Of a stretch of 41,075 nt of DNA, positions 22,979 to 32,518 are shown piece by piece (the first letter of the stretch is position 1; every line of letters starts with the position of its first letter). The position numbers and the translations under genes are program-made. Below the pieces are notes generated by a model that saw only the letters and a program-made list of their open reading frames with translations, did not search any database and had not been told where the DNA came from. Where the stretch lies: positions 1 to 41,075 of the forward strand of contig CAYROP010000003.1 of NCBI GenBank assembly GCA_964426075.1, given 5' to 3'. Source of the stretch: an uncultured Gammaproteobacteria bacterium (GTDB lineage Bacteria > Patescibacteriota > Microgenomatia > CAYQLK01).

Positions 22979-24028
22979 TTAGTTTAAGTTGTCAGACAAA
23001 TCTTTTACTATCGGGTCGAGATTACCTGCAAGAATAACTGGTAAGTTGTGCCAGTTTTTTTTGATGCGGTGATCTGTGAGTCTATCCTGTGGGTAGTTGT
23101 ATGTGCGGATTTTTTCTGATCGATCTCCGGTTCCGATTTGTTCTGAACGAGATTTGGCGGTTTCAGCAGCCTGTTTTTCTAACTCTCTTTGATACAGACG
23201 AGATCGTAAAATCTGTAGGGCAATTTCTTTGTTTTGAGCTTGTTTACGTTCGGCTTGAGAAGCAACTACTTCACCAGAGGGGATATGACGAACTCGAACT
23301 GCGGTTGAGACTTTATTAACATTTTGACCGCCAGCTCCACCACTGCGGAAGGTTTCAAATTCCAGATCTTTGGGATCGATGTGAAAGTCTATATCGGTAA
23401 CTTCAGGCATAACAGCAACGGTTGCGGTTGAAGTGTGTATTCTGCCTGAGCTTTCAGTAGCAGGGACTCTTTGGACTCGATGAACTCCTGATTCAAAGCG
23501 ATAAAGTGAGTAAACTTCTGGACCAGAGATTTTGATGATGGCGTGTTTAATGTTGCCAATTGCTCCCTCATTAATTTCGATTTCTTCAACGCTAAAGTTG
23601 TGTAGTTGGGCAAAACGAGTATACATTTTCAGTAGATCGTTACCGAATATTCCAGCCTCGTCACCACCAGCCGCTGCCCTTATCTCGATCATAATTGAAG
23701 GGGAGCCAAAAAGTGCCTTGTCAGGGGAGGTTTCAAAATTAAGCTTGGTTTTGTTATCGGTTAGCTGGTCTTGAAGTGAAATAAGTTCGTCTTTGGCCAT
23801 TTTAATAATCTCTTCGTCTTTTTCAGTTGCGATCATTTTTTCTGTTTCAATAATTTTTGTCGCAATATCTTCGTTTTTTTTAGCCAGCTCTGCAATCGTT
23901 TTAAGTCTTGCGATAGTTGACGAGAGTTCCTTGACCTGTTCTGGGTCGCTGGCAATTTCAGGATCTTCAAGGGATTTTTGCGCACAATAATATTTTTCTA
24001 GTAACTCTGAGATATTTTGTGTGAGCAT
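22979..24028 (-). CDS. prfA: peptide chain release factor 1
   Basis: RVPATES (the PAT tripeptide) and SGGAGGQNVNKV (the GGQ motif). Confidence 0.92.
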   Translation of the reverse strand: MLTQNISELLEKYYCAQKSLEDPEIASDPEQVKELSSTIARLKTIAELAKKNEDIATKIIETEKMIATEKDEEIIKMAKDELISLQDQLTDNKTKLNFETSPDKALFGSPSIMIEIRAAAGGDEAGIFGNDLLKMYTRFAQLHNFSVEEIEINEGAIGNIKHAIIKISGPEVYSLYRFESGVHRVQRVPATESSGRIHTSTATVAVMPEVTDIDFHIDPKDLEFETFRSGGAGGQNVNKVSTAVRVRHIPSGEVVASQAERKQAQNKEIALQILRSRLYQRELEKQAAETAKSRSEQIGTGDRSEKIRTYNYPQDRLTDHRIKKNWHNLPVILAGNLDPIVKDLSDNLN

Positions 24029-24056
24029 ATGAGAAGAGTGTGGTCGTGTAAGAGAA

Positions 24057-24359
24057 TTATTTCTTAGACTGAGCTAACATTTCACGAAGTGACATTGGGG
24101 CATTGGCGCGTCTGATTTCCTGCTCTTTTTTCTTAACAACCTCTTTTTGTCGAAGCTTTGCCTTTTCCTGTAAAGCCTGGAAGCGCTCAACTTTTCCTTG
24201 TGTGTCAACAAATTTCATTTGGCCGGTGAAAAAAGGGTGACATTTTGAGCATATTTCGAGATGGATTTCAGGCTTGGTTGAGCCAGTATTCCATGAATTG
24301 CCGCAGACACAAGTGACTTTGGCGTCGGTGTGGTATTTAGGATGCCCTGTTGGTTTCAT
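24057..24359 (-). CDS. rpmE: 50S ribosomal protein L31 (zinc type) with a Lys-rich C-terminal extension
   Basis: [14 protein letters not shown]...[11 protein letters not shown]. Confidence 0.85.
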   Translation of the reverse strand: MKPTGHPKYHTDAKVTCVCGNSWNTGSTKPEIHLEICSKCHPFFTGQMKFVDTQGKVERFQALQEKAKLRQKEVVKKKEQEIRRANAPMSLREMLAQSKK

Positions 24360-24412
24360 ATTGGGCTTGAATTCTAGCAGACTCTATGGCTTTATGGCAA
24401 TAGTAATAGTTA

Positions 24413-25339
24413 TTAGTGTCTTAAATGAAACTTGCGTAGAATATGAATATGTTTAGGAATTGGGAAGTCGGCAATAGCTACGCCAAAAAGAATAAAAACA
24501 GCTCCAGCATAAAAGACTATATCTGGCCTTTCGTGAAGAATAATCATTGACGCAATGACGGCAACAATAGGCTGAATATAGCCAAAAATAGATTCGAAAG
24601 AAGTAGTCAGATATTTAAGTGAGCTCTCATATAAAATGTAGGCAAGAATTCCTCCAATTAGGGCATCATAGAGTATAAAAAGAGTAATTTTTGTATTCAG
24701 ATGTTCAAGCCAATTAATACCTGTGGCAATATCAAACATTACAAATGGTAGGCTGGTAAGGCTTGCCATAAAGAACGAAAAAACAATGAAAGTTTGGTAA
24801 TTGTATTGATCAATATATTTTTTGATGTAGATTGTATAAATTGCAATTGTAATATTACTGGCAAAGAGCAAAAGTTGGCCGAATATTTCTGAAGTACTGA
24901 GATCTTTAGGGTCGAGAAAAATAACCATTGTGCCTCCGAGTGCAATCATAGATCCGAATAAAGTTATTCTTTTGATTTTTTCCTTAATAATGACCATTGA
25001 TAGAAAAATTGTAACGATGGGGAAAAGTGCAAATATGACAGCTGCCGTTGAGGCTTCGGTTCTTTGTAGACCTGAGTATGTAAGGAGATTAGATGCAGCT
25101 GGTCCGAGAAAAGTAATAATTAGGATTTTGGGAAGGTGTTTGCGGTCAACAGAAATTAGATAACCCTTAAGGTAGTAAATTGGAGTAATTATTAGTAGTG
25201 CTAAGGAAAACCGCAGGAAAATGAAAGTATATGGTGGTATTGTTTCTACGACTGTTTTAGCAATTGGGGTGCCCAAACCAAAGAAAACAAAACTCATTAT
25301 TGCGCTAACCACAGCAATTTTAGGCAGGTGAGGACGCAT
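24413..25339 (-). CDS. EamA/DMT-family transporter
   Basis: 308 aa, about 10 TM helices, two-halves architecture. Confidence 0.7.
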   Translation of the reverse strand: MRPHLPKIAVVSAIMSFVFFGLGTPIAKTVVETIPPYTFIFLRFSLALLIITPIYYLKGYLISVDRKHLPKILIITFLGPAASNLLTYSGLQRTEASTAAVIFALFPIVTIFLSMVIIKEKIKRITLFGSMIALGGTMVIFLDPKDLSTSEIFGQLLLFASNITIAIYTIYIKKYIDQYNYQTFIVFSFFMASLTSLPFVMFDIATGINWLEHLNTKITLFILYDALIGGILAYILYESSLKYLTTSFESIFGYIQPIVAVIASMIILHERPDIVFYAGAVFILFGVAIADFPIPKHIHILRKFHLRH

Positions 25340-25341
25340 TT

Positions 25342-26622
25342 TTACTTTTTACTTAATTTTTTTATTTGACTTAAAATTGCGGATTTTCTATCTGTAGTTT
25401 GATGTCCGCTACTTAAGTCGCGAAGTGTGTATTTATCTTCCGATAATTCTTTATTGCCGACTATTAATAAGAAGTTAAACTTATTTTTGACTCCGTACGA
25501 TAATATGTCCCGCATTTGAGCTACGAGTGGATAAAAACTAGTAGTGAGATGAGGGTTTTTATCGCGAATTTTTTGAGAAATTTCTAGAGATTTTGAGACA
25601 GCATTTTCGGATAAGGGGGCAATTAATAGTTTTTTATTTTTGTTTAGATCTTTGGGGTAAAGATCATATTTTTTGAGTAAGTTACCAATGACTACATCAC
25701 CCATACCAAAACCAACACCAGTAAGTTTGCGATTCGAAAATTGACCGACTAGGTTATCGTAGCGACCACCGCCTGCCACAGCACGTGAATTAATGTCAGT
25801 TGGAAATACTTCAAAAACAGTTGACGTGTAATAATCAAGTCCGCGAACGATTTTTCTATCGATAACAATATAGTCGTTTAATTTGAGGAATTTAAGATTA
25901 TCGCAGAGATCTTTTAGGTTGCCTGATGGTTCTGAAACACTTGTGTCGATGTAGGAAATAAAATCCTTGACGTTTTTGGCGTGTGGGTAATTTTGTTGAA
26001 TGTCATGAATACTGTTAAGTATGCCGACCTTGGGAAGTCTGTCAATAAATTTGAGGATTAATGCTTGGTTTTTAGTTTCAATACCGGTCCATTTTTCAAT
26101 GTCTTCCTGCAAGTCTTTTTTGTTGTTTAAGTGGATTTTTATTTTGTCAGGACCAAGGCCAATATTTTGGAAAAAGGTACAAAGTACAGCAATACAATCT
26201 GTATCGGAAATCTTTGAATCGCTGCCAATAATATCAACGTTCCATTGGAAATGTTCTCTGAGTCTACCTGATTGTGGTTTTTCGTAACGCCAGAGCACAG
26301 GAATAGAAAACCATTTAATTGGGAAAGTCAGATCGGTTTGGTTGCTGGCAATCATTCTAGCAAGTACTGGAGTCATTTCTGGTCGAAGGGTGACTTCGCG
26401 GTTTCCACGATCCTTGAATCTATAAGACTGTTCGTTAACTAGTTCAGAGCTGGTTTTGGTTTTGTAGGTTTCGATGTTTTCCAGTACTGGTGAATCATAT
26501 TGCTCGAAGCCAAAACTAGTGGCTGCGTTAATCATTTGATTAAATAACCACTGTCTTTTAGCAAAGTTGTTAGGAATAAAATCTCGAGCACCTTTAACTG
26601 GTTGAAGGTCGGTTTTTTTCAT
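25342..26622 (-). CDS. hisS: histidine--tRNA ligase
   Basis: GARDFIP, LRPEMTP, YYTSTVFE and GGGRYDNL. Confidence 0.9.
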   Translation of the reverse strand: MKKTDLQPVKGARDFIPNNFAKRQWLFNQMINAATSFGFEQYDSPVLENIETYKTKTSSELVNEQSYRFKDRGNREVTLRPEMTPVLARMIASNQTDLTFPIKWFSIPVLWRYEKPQSGRLREHFQWNVDIIGSDSKISDTDCIAVLCTFFQNIGLGPDKIKIHLNNKKDLQEDIEKWTGIETKNQALILKFIDRLPKVGILNSIHDIQQNYPHAKNVKDFISYIDTSVSEPSGNLKDLCDNLKFLKLNDYIVIDRKIVRGLDYYTSTVFEVFPTDINSRAVAGGGRYDNLVGQFSNRKLTGVGFGMGDVVIGNLLKKYDLYPKDLNKNKKLLIAPLSENAVSKSLEISQKIRDKNPHLTTSFYPLVAQMRDILSYGVKNKFNFLLIVGNKELSEDKYTLRDLSSGHQTTDRKSAILSQIKKLSKK

Positions 26623-27557
26623 TACTGAAGACTCAATATATTTCTTACGATAAGGTTACCATAGCTGTTGGTGGTGGCATAAAAGAGAATTTTTTGACCT
26701 TTTTGCGGTGGAGTGAATGGGTTATTGCTTTGTGTAGTACTTTTGTCCCAATAATATTTGGTTTTATCATTTGTGAGGGTAAAAGTTTCCCTTTTGCTGT
26801 CAACTGCGGATATTTCCCCCGATTTGAGGCTAGTTGAGATCTTAGTTAGTGGGTCTTTATTAGCATATGAAATTAATTTTTGCGTTGTTTGAACAGAGTC
26901 ATTGATTGTTCCAAAGCCAATTACAATATCGTCGACCTCAAGGCGTTCAATATCTTTAAGGTTCTCGTCTTTGTTGCCATCGTTTTCTTCTCGGGGATTA
27001 ACAAATTCAAAGTCGGTATTATTGTCAGTTGCGAGAGTAAAACTATTTCCACTAATTAAACTTTTTAACTCTATATTGCCTCCAAGGGTTGAAATAACTT
27101 TGCCAAAGATAGCAGTTTCTTTGTTATTTGAATCACTTTCTGTGCGATAGTAAATAAATGGAACTTTTTTGGATGTAGAAAAATCAGTTGGATTTATTTG
27201 GGTAAGGGTAAAAATGTTAACACCTGGAGTAAGAGTAAGTGAGGTTTTGGCTACTGAATTATTTGGTTCGAGTTGGTGAATGGTATTCTCTTTATCTGTA
27301 ATGATGTGGAGGCTATTTTCGTCGAGGTTTTTTATTTCTATTTCGATCGATTCTGTGTTTGTGGTGTATCCACTATCTGGGGTAATATCCTCGATTTCTT
27401 TCTGTGAGGTAAAAATATTAGTCGCAGTTTCTATAATTTGTTTAGGTATTTGGCTTATTTTTTGATTGCGTATCCAAAATCCCGAAATAATTAATCCAAC
27501 TAAGGCAAATAAAAGTAAAAAAAAGAGAACTGGTAAGACTTTTGCAAACAATTTCAT
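26622..27557 (-). CDS. membrane-anchored hypothetical protein
   Basis: N-terminal TM helix followed by an Asn/Ser/Thr-rich domain. The stop overlaps the hisS start. Confidence 0.6.
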   Translation of the reverse strand: MKLFAKVLPVLFFLLLFALVGLIISGFWIRNQKISQIPKQIIETATNIFTSQKEIEDITPDSGYTTNTESIEIEIKNLDENSLHIITDKENTIHQLEPNNSVAKTSLTLTPGVNIFTLTQINPTDFSTSKKVPFIYYRTESDSNNKETAIFGKVISTLGGNIELKSLISGNSFTLATDNNTDFEFVNPREENDGNKDENLKDIERLEVDDIVIGFGTINDSVQTTQKLISYANKDPLTKISTSLKSGEISAVDSKRETFTLTNDKTKYYWDKSTTQSNNPFTPPQKGQKILFYATTNSYGNLIVRNILSLQ

Positions 27558-27629
27558 TGCTTAATTCTACCAAAGCTAAATTATGTTATTATAGTTTTCT
27601 GTTAATAACCTAAATAATCCAAAAAGAAT

Positions 27630-28286
27630 ATGTCAGATATTATTTTTAACGGCCACTCTTGTTTTACTATCAAATCTAATGGCGGACAGATGATTGTGTT
27701 TGACCCATTCGATTCGGAATCGACGGGTCTTAAGTTGCCAAAACTTACAGCTGATTTGACTCTATCTACACATTCACACTCTGATCATAGTAATTTTGAT
27801 GGAGTGGTTGGGGTTTCTGGAGATTCGTTTAGAATTATGGGGCCAGGTGAGTATGAAGTTGGGGGAACTTTAATTCGAGGTGTAAATAGTTATCATGATG
27901 AGAGTAAAGGTAGTGAAAGAGGAAGAAATACTATTTATGTAGTAAATGTTGATGGAATAAATATTTGCCATTTAGGTGATCTTGGACAGAAAAAATTAAC
28001 TGAAACGCAACTTGAGGATATTGGTGATGTTGATGTTTTGATGATCCCTGTTGGTGGAGTATTTACTGTTGATGCTAAAGATGCTGTTGAGATAATTGCA
28101 CAAATTGAACCAAAGATCGTAATCCCGATGCATTATAAAGAAGAAGGTCTTAAATATGATCTTGCTCCACTCGATGAGTTTGTGAAACAGATGGGGCATC
28201 CAAGCGGTGAGCCGACTAAAAAATTGTCGGTTAAAAAGGATAGAATACCTGAGGAACTTCAGGTTGTTGTTATGGAGCGTTCTTAA
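27630..28286 (+). CDS. MBL-fold metal-dependent hydrolase (UPF0173-like)
   Basis: THSHSDHS is the HxHxDH motif; 218 aa. Confidence 0.75.
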   Translation: MSDIIFNGHSCFTIKSNGGQMIVFDPFDSESTGLKLPKLTADLTLSTHSHSDHSNFDGVVGVSGDSFRIMGPGEYEVGGTLIRGVNSYHDESKGSERGRNTIYVVNVDGINICHLGDLGQKKLTETQLEDIGDVDVLMIPVGGVFTVDAKDAVEIIAQIEPKIVIPMHYKEEGLKYDLAPLDEFVKQMGHPSGEPTKKLSVKKDRIPEELQVVVMERS

Positions 28287-28362
28287 AAAAACGTAATCCC
28301 GCTATTTACAAAAAATATCAAACAAACAATAATACTTTTCCAATAAAAGAAAAGGTATTCTT

Positions 28363-29706
28363 ATGTCAAAAGTAGATGATTTGCGACTACCTCCGCACAA
28401 TCTTGACGCTGAAAAAAGCGTGATAGGTGCTTTGTTAATTGACAAAGACGCTGTTTCCGAGGTGGCGGAATTCTTAAGACCTAATCATTTTTATAAAGAA
28501 GGTCATGGTGATATTTTTGAAGCGATCCTTGATTTATTTGAGAAAAGAGAACCGGTTGATTTGATAACTTTGTCCGAGCAATTAAAAAAGAAGAAACATT
28601 TTGAAAAAGCGGGTGGGGCTGCGTATTTAGCAGAGCTAGCGAGTTTTGTTCCTACGTCAGTGCATGTAGTGAAGTATGCACAGATCGTTAAGGATCATGC
28701 GATTAAGAGACAGTTAATAGGTACAGCAAATAAACTATCAGAATTAAGTTTTTCTGAGTCGGGTGATGTTCACGATATTTTGGATGCGGCAGAGCAAGAG
28801 ATTTTTGGTATATCCCAAGCTCATTTAAAACAGAATTTTGTACATGTAAAAAATGTTTTGACTGAAAGCTTTGATAGATTGGAAGAGCTGTCGAGGAGTA
28901 AGGGGGTATTTCGTGGAGTGGCAACGGGTTTTAATGATTTGGACAAGATCCTTTCGGGAATGCAAAAATCTAACCTATTAATACTTGCCGCCAGACCTGG
29001 TATTGGAAAAACCTCGTTTGCACTGAACATTGCTCAGTTTGCGGCTGTGAAGAAGAACGTGCCAGTGGGAATATTCAGCCTTGAAATGAGTAAAGAAGAA
29101 TTGATGGATAGGGTTTTGGCGCACGAATCAGGAGTGAACGCGTCGAGAATTAAAAATGGAGACTTGGATGATGCAGCTTATGAGAGCTTAAGTATGGCAA
29201 TGGGAAGATTAGCTGAAGCGCCTCTTTATATTGACGACACGCCGGCACTTTCGATTATGGAGATGAGGACAAAAGCCAGAAGATTACAAATTGAAAACGG
29301 GTTACAGTTATTGATCGTTGATTATTTACAGTTAGCCAAAGGGCGAAACTTGGAGAATAGGGTTCAAGAAATATCGGAAATATCTCAAGGTTTAAAGAAT
29401 TTAGCCAGGGAGTTGAATATTCCAGTACTGGCACTATCACAGTTATCTCGTGCGGTTGAGCAAAGAGGATCGAAACAGCCACAATTGTCTGATCTTCGAG
29501 AATCAGGTGCAATTGAGCAAGACGCTGATGTAGTTATGTTTATTTATCGAGATGATCAAGACGAAGATGGGGGGCAGAGATCAAAAGAAATTTTAGCAAA
29601 ATTAACTATCGCTAAACATCGTAATGGACCGACTGGTGAAATTGACTTGGTATTTATTGGTGAAAAAGTGGCTTTTTTCCCAAGGGATAAACAGCATAAT
29701 AATTAG
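28363..29706 (+). CDS. dnaB: replicative DNA helicase
   Basis: PPHNLDAEKSVIGALL, Walker A ARPGIGKTSF, SQLSRAVEQR and LRESGAIEQDADVV. Confidence 0.93.
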   Translation: MSKVDDLRLPPHNLDAEKSVIGALLIDKDAVSEVAEFLRPNHFYKEGHGDIFEAILDLFEKREPVDLITLSEQLKKKKHFEKAGGAAYLAELASFVPTSVHVVKYAQIVKDHAIKRQLIGTANKLSELSFSESGDVHDILDAAEQEIFGISQAHLKQNFVHVKNVLTESFDRLEELSRSKGVFRGVATGFNDLDKILSGMQKSNLLILAARPGIGKTSFALNIAQFAAVKKNVPVGIFSLEMSKEELMDRVLAHESGVNASRIKNGDLDDAAYESLSMAMGRLAEAPLYIDDTPALSIMEMRTKARRLQIENGLQLLIVDYLQLAKGRNLENRVQEISEISQGLKNLARELNIPVLALSQLSRAVEQRGSKQPQLSDLRESGAIEQDADVVMFIYRDDQDEDGGQRSKEILAKLTIAKHRNGPTGEIDLVFIGEKVAFFPRDKQHNN

Positions 29707-29762
29707 GAATTTGAGAGGTTTTTGGATATAATCTTGCGGCAAAGATAAGTATTTTGTATTTT

Positions 29763-29846
29763 GCCGGGGTGGCGGAATTGGTAGACGCGCACGTCTCAAA
29801 CACGTGTGAAAGCAATTTCATGTGGGTTCAAGTCCCACTCCCGGCA
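29763..29846 (+). tRNA. tRNA-Leu (anticodon CAA), class II with long variable arm
   Basis: Manual cloverleaf: acceptor GCCGGGG/TCCCGGC, anticodon stem CACGT/ACGTG with loop CTCAAAC, variable arm TGAAAGCAATTTCAT, T-arm GTGGG-TTCAAGT-CCCAC, discriminator A. No encoded CCA. Confidence 0.93.
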
Positions 29847-29955
29847 CAGTTTTTTAATTCCAAAAATTCAATTTAAACAATCATATCGACAGTTATAGGC
29901 TATTGTAGTAGTATTTGTGGCTAGCACTTTAAGCAAAGGAAGGGTGAAACAACTA

Positions 29956-30789
29956 ATGCCTGTACTTCTGAACGAAGGCAAGGACAGGATCATCGTTGCG
30001 CTCGACACTCAAGACGTTGTCGAAGTTTCCCGCTGGGTTCGACTGCTTGCTCCCCATGTAGGGATGTTCAAAGCAGGGTTCGAGCTGACCAACGCGGTCG
30101 GAACTCAGAGGGCTTTGAGAGCAATCAAAGTCGGCGGTGGACAGGATTTCGCGGATGTCAAATTCCACGATATCTCTGAAACTGTCAGCAAGGCAGTTTC
30201 TGCGGTGGCGGGCTTTGGCCCGCACTTCGTGAATATGCATATTCAGTCAGGCGACGAGGCAATGCAGAAGGCAGTTGCGAAAAAAGGCAACAGCCTGCTG
30301 CTGGGAGTGTCGGTTCTGACCTCGCTTACCCCTCAAGAGATTCTTGAGATGTTTGTTGGGCCGTTTATCGCAATGACTGGTCATGACTACGAGTATGGCC
30401 AGGCTATGGCGATCGACAGCCCGGATGTAGAGCTGGCAGATCACGCAAGGGAACTCGCGGCTGAGTACATGAACAGGTTGGTCTTGGGTTTTGCTGAGAA
30501 GGCGGCCCGGAATGGCCTCGACGGTATCATTTGCTCGCCAATGGAACTTCGGTACCTCAAAGAGCACGGTTCTGAGGCGGTATGCAACCTTATCAAGGTT
30601 GTTCCCGGTATTCGTATGCCGGACAACAGCGTCGATGATCAAAAAAGGGTGGGAACACCCTACCAAACGATTAAGGATGGGGCTGACTACCTTGTGATCG
30701 GGCGACCGATTCTCAAGGCGGAAGATCCCGTTCGAGCAGCAAAAGCGATTGCGTCAGAGATCGATCGCGCGCTTGACGACATGGACTAA
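29956..30789 (+). CDS. pyrF: orotidine 5'-phosphate decarboxylase
   Basis: FADVKFHDISET fits the OMP-decarboxylase signature D-x-K-x-x-D-I-x-x-T, and IIVALD is present. ATG 29956 has a GGAAGGG SD, while the track start GTG 29917 has none. Confidence 0.8.
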   Translation: MPVLLNEGKDRIIVALDTQDVVEVSRWVRLLAPHVGMFKAGFELTNAVGTQRALRAIKVGGGQDFADVKFHDISETVSKAVSAVAGFGPHFVNMHIQSGDEAMQKAVAKKGNSLLLGVSVLTSLTPQEILEMFVGPFIAMTGHDYEYGQAMAIDSPDVELADHARELAAEYMNRLVLGFAEKAARNGLDGIICSPMELRYLKEHGSEAVCNLIKVVPGIRMPDNSVDDQKRVGTPYQTIKDGADYLVIGRPILKAEDPVRAAKAIASEIDRALDDMD

Positions 30790-30813
30790 ATCGAGGAGGT
30801 TGGCTTAGAAATA

Positions 30814-31473
30814 ATGCCCAACGAAGAGAGGACTGTTCGCAATATTCTCGAGGCATCTGGTGGACTAATCATTGGAGGACACTTTGTGTTCTCCAATGGT
30901 GGTCATTCAGACAGATACATCGAGAAGACACGATTTTTGAGCCGGGTTGACTACCTTTTGGCTTTGGCCGATTTGGTTGTCAAAGCTTACTCAAAGAAGA
31001 ACATCCAGCTTGTTATTGGTCCTGCAGTTGGAGGTGTCGGTTTCGCAGCAGTAGTTGCTGTGAGAATGATGCAGTCCAGCTTCGGGGCTGGAGCAGAAAT
31101 GCAGTGGGGATTTGCCGAGCCTGTCCGTGACAAAGAAGGCGAGCTGATCCTTTACGAACTCAAGCGTGGATTTGCCCAGATGGTTGAAGGCAAAAGGGTA
31201 CTTGTGGTTGAAGATGTAATCACCTCCGGCAGATCTGCTGCTTTGGTGGTGAAAGCTGTGCGGGCCAACGGCGGAAACGTTGTTGGTTTGAGCGCGATCA
31301 TTAACCGTGGCAGGGTGACATCACTTGATGTTGGTCATCCTGGGTACTTCAAGCCGCTTCTGACTATCGATCTTCCTGTTTATGATCCTGAAAGCTGTGA
31401 GCTTTGCAAGTTCGGAGTTCCTGTTGATCTGGAACATGGACACGGAAGACAGTTCCTTGCTGGTAAGAGCTAG
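30814..31473 (+). CDS. pyrE: orotate phosphoribosyltransferase-like type I PRTase
   Basis: PRPP loop VLVVEDVITSGRS, about 220 aa, adjacent to pyrF. Confidence 0.65.
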   Translation: MPNEERTVRNILEASGGLIIGGHFVFSNGGHSDRYIEKTRFLSRVDYLLALADLVVKAYSKKNIQLVIGPAVGGVGFAAVVAVRMMQSSFGAGAEMQWGFAEPVRDKEGELILYELKRGFAQMVEGKRVLVVEDVITSGRSAALVVKAVRANGGNVVGLSAIINRGRVTSLDVGHPGYFKPLLTIDLPVYDPESCELCKFGVPVDLEHGHGRQFLAGKS

Positions 31474-31505
31474 ATCAAAAGAAAGCGAGGTAAGGTGTCG
31501 AAAGA

Positions 31506-31790
31506 ATGGTACAGTCAAGCAGAAAGATCGGAAGATCTACCTGCGTGAACTGTGGGTTTACGGACTTGCATGCGTTCTTTCAGCTACTTAGAGGCGATGA
31601 GCCAAAATGTCCTGACTGTAAGTCGGCCAATGTGGTTGAAGGCGAGCCAACGCTCAGGTGCACTAGTTGTGAACTCACTGTGGTTCCGCGCAGACACCGA
31701 ATGGGTATGGCGGTGACACCGCTGGCGTGTAATCACTGCCAGTCCGACTCGTTCGAGGTGGTGCCAAAAGTGCCAGCGGGATATATATAA
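31506..31790 (+). CDS. zinc-ribbon protein with four CxxC pairs
   Basis: CVNC, CPDC, CTSC and CNHC. Codons are GC3-rich. It is co-oriented 32 nt after pyrE. Confidence 0.55.
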   Translation: MVQSSRKIGRSTCVNCGFTDLHAFFQLLRGDEPKCPDCKSANVVEGEPTLRCTSCELTVVPRRHRMGMAVTPLACNHCQSDSFEVVPKVPAGYI

Positions 31791-31826
31791 TCCTATGAGT
31801 AATCGTAGGTAGAATAATCAGGTAAC

Positions 31827-31880
31827 GGAGAGCGCCTGAAAAGATCGGTTTTAGAAAAAAAACCGAAAAGCTCTCCATTT
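31827..31880 (+). terminator. nested hairpin, possible terminator of the pyr islet
   Basis: Outer stem GGAGAGC/GCTCTCC and inner stem CGGTTTT/AAAACCG, followed by ATTT only. Confidence 0.35.
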
Positions 31881-31929
31881 AATATTTAAAATTTGTAAAA
31901 AGAGTATAGATTTGTTATTTTTGTCGCTT

Positions 31930-32493
31930 ATGGTTAAACCAGTTACAGAATTAAAGAAAGGTATTGTTTTTCGGGAAGATGGCGAATTGTGGATTGTGGA
32001 GAATTACGAGCACATTAAAGTTGCCAGAGGTTCCGGAACAATTAAAGTTAAGGCACAAAGCATGAGGTCGGAGGCTATTACAGAAAAGTCTTTTATGACT
32101 GGGGCAAGGGTGGATATTGTCGATGTTTTTAAGAAAAAAGCGACATATCTTTATCGAGATGGAAATAAGTATTTTTTTATGGACACTGAGAATTTTGAGA
32201 ACTACGAAATTGACAGTCAAATGATCAGTGCGGCAAAGTTTTTAAAAGACGGTATGGAGGTAAGAGTTTTAGTTGACGATAGGAGTGAAATTGTTGGGTT
32301 GGAGTTACCAAAAAATGAGGTTTATAAAATAACCGAGACAGCAGTTGGAGTAAAAGGTAACACTGTTTCAAATACGAACAAAAAGGCTATGCTTGAAAAC
32401 GGTGTAGAAGTAAGTGTTCCTTTATTTGTTAATACCGGGGATTTAGTCAAGATTGACACAAGGACCGGTGGATATCTAGAGCGAGTAAAATAG
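31930..32493 (+). CDS. efp: elongation factor P
   Basis: The 187-aa length from ATG 31930 matches EF-P. C-terminal GDLVKIDTRTGGYLERVK. The loop reads KVARGSG. Confidence 0.88.
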   Translation: MVKPVTELKKGIVFREDGELWIVENYEHIKVARGSGTIKVKAQSMRSEAITEKSFMTGARVDIVDVFKKKATYLYRDGNKYFFMDTENFENYEIDSQMISAAKFLKDGMEVRVLVDDRSEIVGLELPKNEVYKITETAVGVKGNTVSNTNKKAMLENGVEVSVPLFVNTGDLVKIDTRTGGYLERVK

Positions 32494-32518
32494 CTTTGGG
32501 GTAGAATTAAAATTAATT

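Larger units (their letters stand above)
29917..31880. other. second G+C-rich, GC3-biased islet (pyrF-pyrE-zinc ribbon) downstream of tRNA-Leu
   Basis: 13/20 G/C-ending codons at the start of pyrF. The composition contrasts visibly with dnaB on the left and efp on the right. Confidence 0.65.

Noticed and set aside
9549-28924. Short internal or antisense ORFs within AT-rich housekeeping genes, for example 9549-9944, 10495-10788, 17802-17990, 19049-19372, 21975-22241, 23389-23613, 26021-26287 and 28703-28924.
   Set aside because: They lie entirely inside well-supported conserved genes, are low-complexity, and lack an SD.
29846-31910. The tRNA-Leu-linked islet as a bona fide integrative element with att repeats.
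   Set aside because: I found no integrase gene and no direct repeat of the tRNA 3' end (GGTTCAAGTCCCACTCCCGGCA) at the distal border. It is reported only as compositionally foreign DNA.
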